Below, one piece after another: positions 61,554-64,000 of a DNA stretch of 64,000 nucleotides. The DNA lies in NCBI GenBank assembly GCA_003427395.1, contig BFEA01000006.1, forward strand, positions 1,668,737 through 1,732,736, written 5' to 3'. Both the position numbers and the translations under genes were made by a program. The notes beneath the pieces were generated by a model that was not told the DNA's origin, did no database searches, and saw nothing but the letters and a program-made list of their open reading frames with translations. This DNA comes from Chara braunii (taxonomy: Eukaryota > Plantae > Charophyceae). Each line of letters starts with the position of its first letter. Within the stretch, counting starts at the first letter, position 1.

Positions 61554-63399
61554 GTAAGCATCCGTGCATATCCATCAATCATTGGCTTAATATGCCCCTG
61601 TCAAAGTTTTTGCCTCGTACTCTGGGCACTTGTCTCGTACTGCTGTTGAATGTCTTCCATCTTTTCTTTCCATAAATTCCGTCTAACTATTACCCTGCTC
61701 AGCTNNNNNNNNNNNNNNNNNNNNNNNNNNNNNNNNNNNNNNNNNNNNNNNNNNNNNNNNNNNNNNNNNNNNNNNNNNNNNNNNNNNNNNNNNNNNNNNN
61801 NNNNNNNNNNNNNNNNNNNNNNNNNNNNNNNNNNNNNNNNNNNNNNNNNNNNNNNNNNNNNNNNNNNNNNNNNNNNNNNNNNNNNNNNNNNNNNNNNNNN
61901 NNNNNNNNNNNNNNNNNNNNNNNNNNNNNNNNNNNNNNNNNNNNNNNNNNNNNNNNNNNNNNNNNNNNNNNNNNNNNNNNNNNNNNNNNNNNNNNNNNNN
62001 NNNNNNNNNNNNNNNNNNNNNNNNNNNNNNNNNNNNNNNNNNNNNNNNNNNNNNNNNNNNNNNNNNNNNNNNNNNNNNNNNNNNNNNNNNNNNNNNNNNN
62101 NNNNNNNNNNNNNNNNNNNNNNNNNNNNNNNNNNNNNNNNNNNNNNNNNNNNNNNNNNNNNNNNNNNNNNNNNNNNNNNNNNNNNNNNNNNNNNNNNNNN
62201 NNNNNNNNNNNNNNNNNNNNNTCTCTCTGCTACATGTGTCTTCCATGTGGCTTTCCATCAATCAATGCCGTCCACTCTGGTCTCTCTACCATAAAGGGGA
62301 GAAGCGTGTAGTGTGCTGTGTTGTTGTTTTTTTTATCCCCCTTAACGTGGAGTGTGTTGTAACAGTCCATTTTGTTTTGACTTGCCGGCAGGGTAGTTCT
62401 GGCACCTACGGCCGTAGGCGGTAGGCGTGCTGCGCCTACCAGTCGGGACGACCCATAGGCGGACCCGTCGGCGGTCGGCAGACTGCCTTGCAATTTTATT
62501 TCATTTTTCTGATTACGTGGTCGTGCCCGGCTTGAGGAGAGCAGCCGAAATCCGCAATAAATGGTTTTGGGGGGTTATGGGGGGTTGTAGAGGGTTAAGC
62601 GGGGGTATGACGGTGTTAGGGGGAGGTATTGGGGCGTTGGGGGGGTGTATGGGGGTGTTGGGAGGGGCTATGGGAGTGTTGATGGGGTTAGTTGGGGTTC
62701 TGGACCCAAAAGAAATAAAAAAATAAAAAATTGCGGGGTGCCGACTGACCTCCGACCAGAAGGTGCCTACCAGTCTGACGGTTGGCTGGTCGGCCCCCGA
62801 CCAATCCATGGGTGCCAACCGGCGGCATGACTATGCTTACAGGTGGGAATGCATATGGGAGGCAGAGCCATAAAGCTCTTTTTAAAGTATTGGTACAGGA
62901 AGCTCAATCTTGGACGTTTTTGCTTTCGAGCATGGTTGCGGCCTAAGGCACAGCGCAACGAAGCGCACCGCACAGCGCAACGAAGCGCACCGCACTGGAA
63001 AAATTAGGTCCAAAAAAATAAATAGGGGTTTTGTCATTCCTTAGGCCCCCCAACTCGGCAAAAATGTTAAACTCACCACGCTTGCTCGGAAACCGGCCGC
63101 GCCCCCAGCCCGGATGTTTTTTTTGGGTAAGGGCTGCCAAATTTTGATTTCCGCAGGCCCTACCCCCAGAAGTTTCAAAATGCCGAAGCATAAAATAGGG
63201 CTTATTCCCCCTCCCTTCTGCAAATTCCACGCTGTGTGGGGTACGTTCGCAAGAAGGGGGTAATCGTCTAGTACCAACCTGCCTCGTGAAGCTTCGCAGA
63301 AGTCACAAGTTGCATTTTCCACGGCCAGTCGACCACCAATATATGCTGAAGATGGCGTTCAGGTCTGCATGTCGGCAGTTATGGGTTAGGATGACGATG

Positions 63400-63745
63400 C
63401 CGGTAGCTCTCTCGTTTTTCTGTTTTCGTTTTCTTATGAATACGTAAAGTGGGGCCTGCTCCACTACTCACCACATGCTCAAAAGAAATAGCATGTGGCG
63501 GTGTGTGGTCCCATGTTTTAGCAGAAGATTCATTCTACTAATATTACATACATTTGGTGAGTGGGGGGAGGATGAAGATGCCCGTAGCTCTCTCGTTTTT
63601 GTGTTTTTGTTTTCTTACGAATATGTACAGTGGGGCCTGCTCCACTACTCGCCACATGCACAAAAGACAACATATGGCGGTGTATGGTTCCATGTTTTAG
63701 CAGAAGATTCATTCTGCTAATATTATATACATTTGGTGAGTGGTG
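63400..63745. repeat. ~180-bp tandem duplication
   Basis: GTAGCTCTCTCGTTTT...ACATTTGGTGAGTGG occurs twice. Confidence 0.88.
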
Positions 63746-64000
63746 GAGGGAGGCCCTGAGTATCACGTGGAGATATGAACAAGCTCTAGGTGAATTGGTG
63801 ACCCATAACTGCCGAGCTACATCCCTGAACTCGTATCCAAAGCATGTATTGGTGGTCTGCCCCACCTTTTCCACAGATGACGAGGCCCTCAATGACTCCA
63901 CATATATTGTAGGAGCTATTCGAGGTACCCGCAGGGCCCCTCAAATTGATGTGAAGGGGACCCTTTGTTTTTTTTTTCTCTCTCTCTCTCTCTCTCTCTC

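Overview
Eukaryotic nuclear draft sequence with many N gaps, dense (GA)/(CT) microsatellites and heavily nested transposons. It is most likely from a charophyte alga (Chara-like); this is inferred from the Gypsy families, the giant TE-filled introns and the mitochondrial inserts. One host gene runs on + through most of the window. A ~3 kb low-complexity exon (6501-9550) is followed by small exons at ~16.3, 16.7, 47.2, 47.6, 48.6 and 61.5 kb. The last three encode a clear TPX2 C-terminal domain of the MAP20 type (LYSELRAIQRMIFDQK|VAEKQRMLEMERREQERLRK|LAEEEEIKLLRKQMVPRARLMPYFDRPFRPS). The introns hold a near full-length degenerate chromovirus-type Ty3/Gypsy element, several truncated Gypsy elements and solo LTRs with 4-bp TSDs, two LINE 3' fragments, a precisely delimited non-autonomous Helitron and a 5.7 kb TG..CA element. 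The strongest unexpected signal is two homologous, structurally covarying type III hammerhead ribozymes (28127-28183 and 56467-56523). Each lies inside a different mobile element and shares short flanks with the other, suggesting a ribozyme-bearing mobile family. There are also two micro-NUMTs: the rpl6 3' end, and a cob exon with its group II intron junction inside one LTR only. All calls are from reading the sequence; no searches were run.
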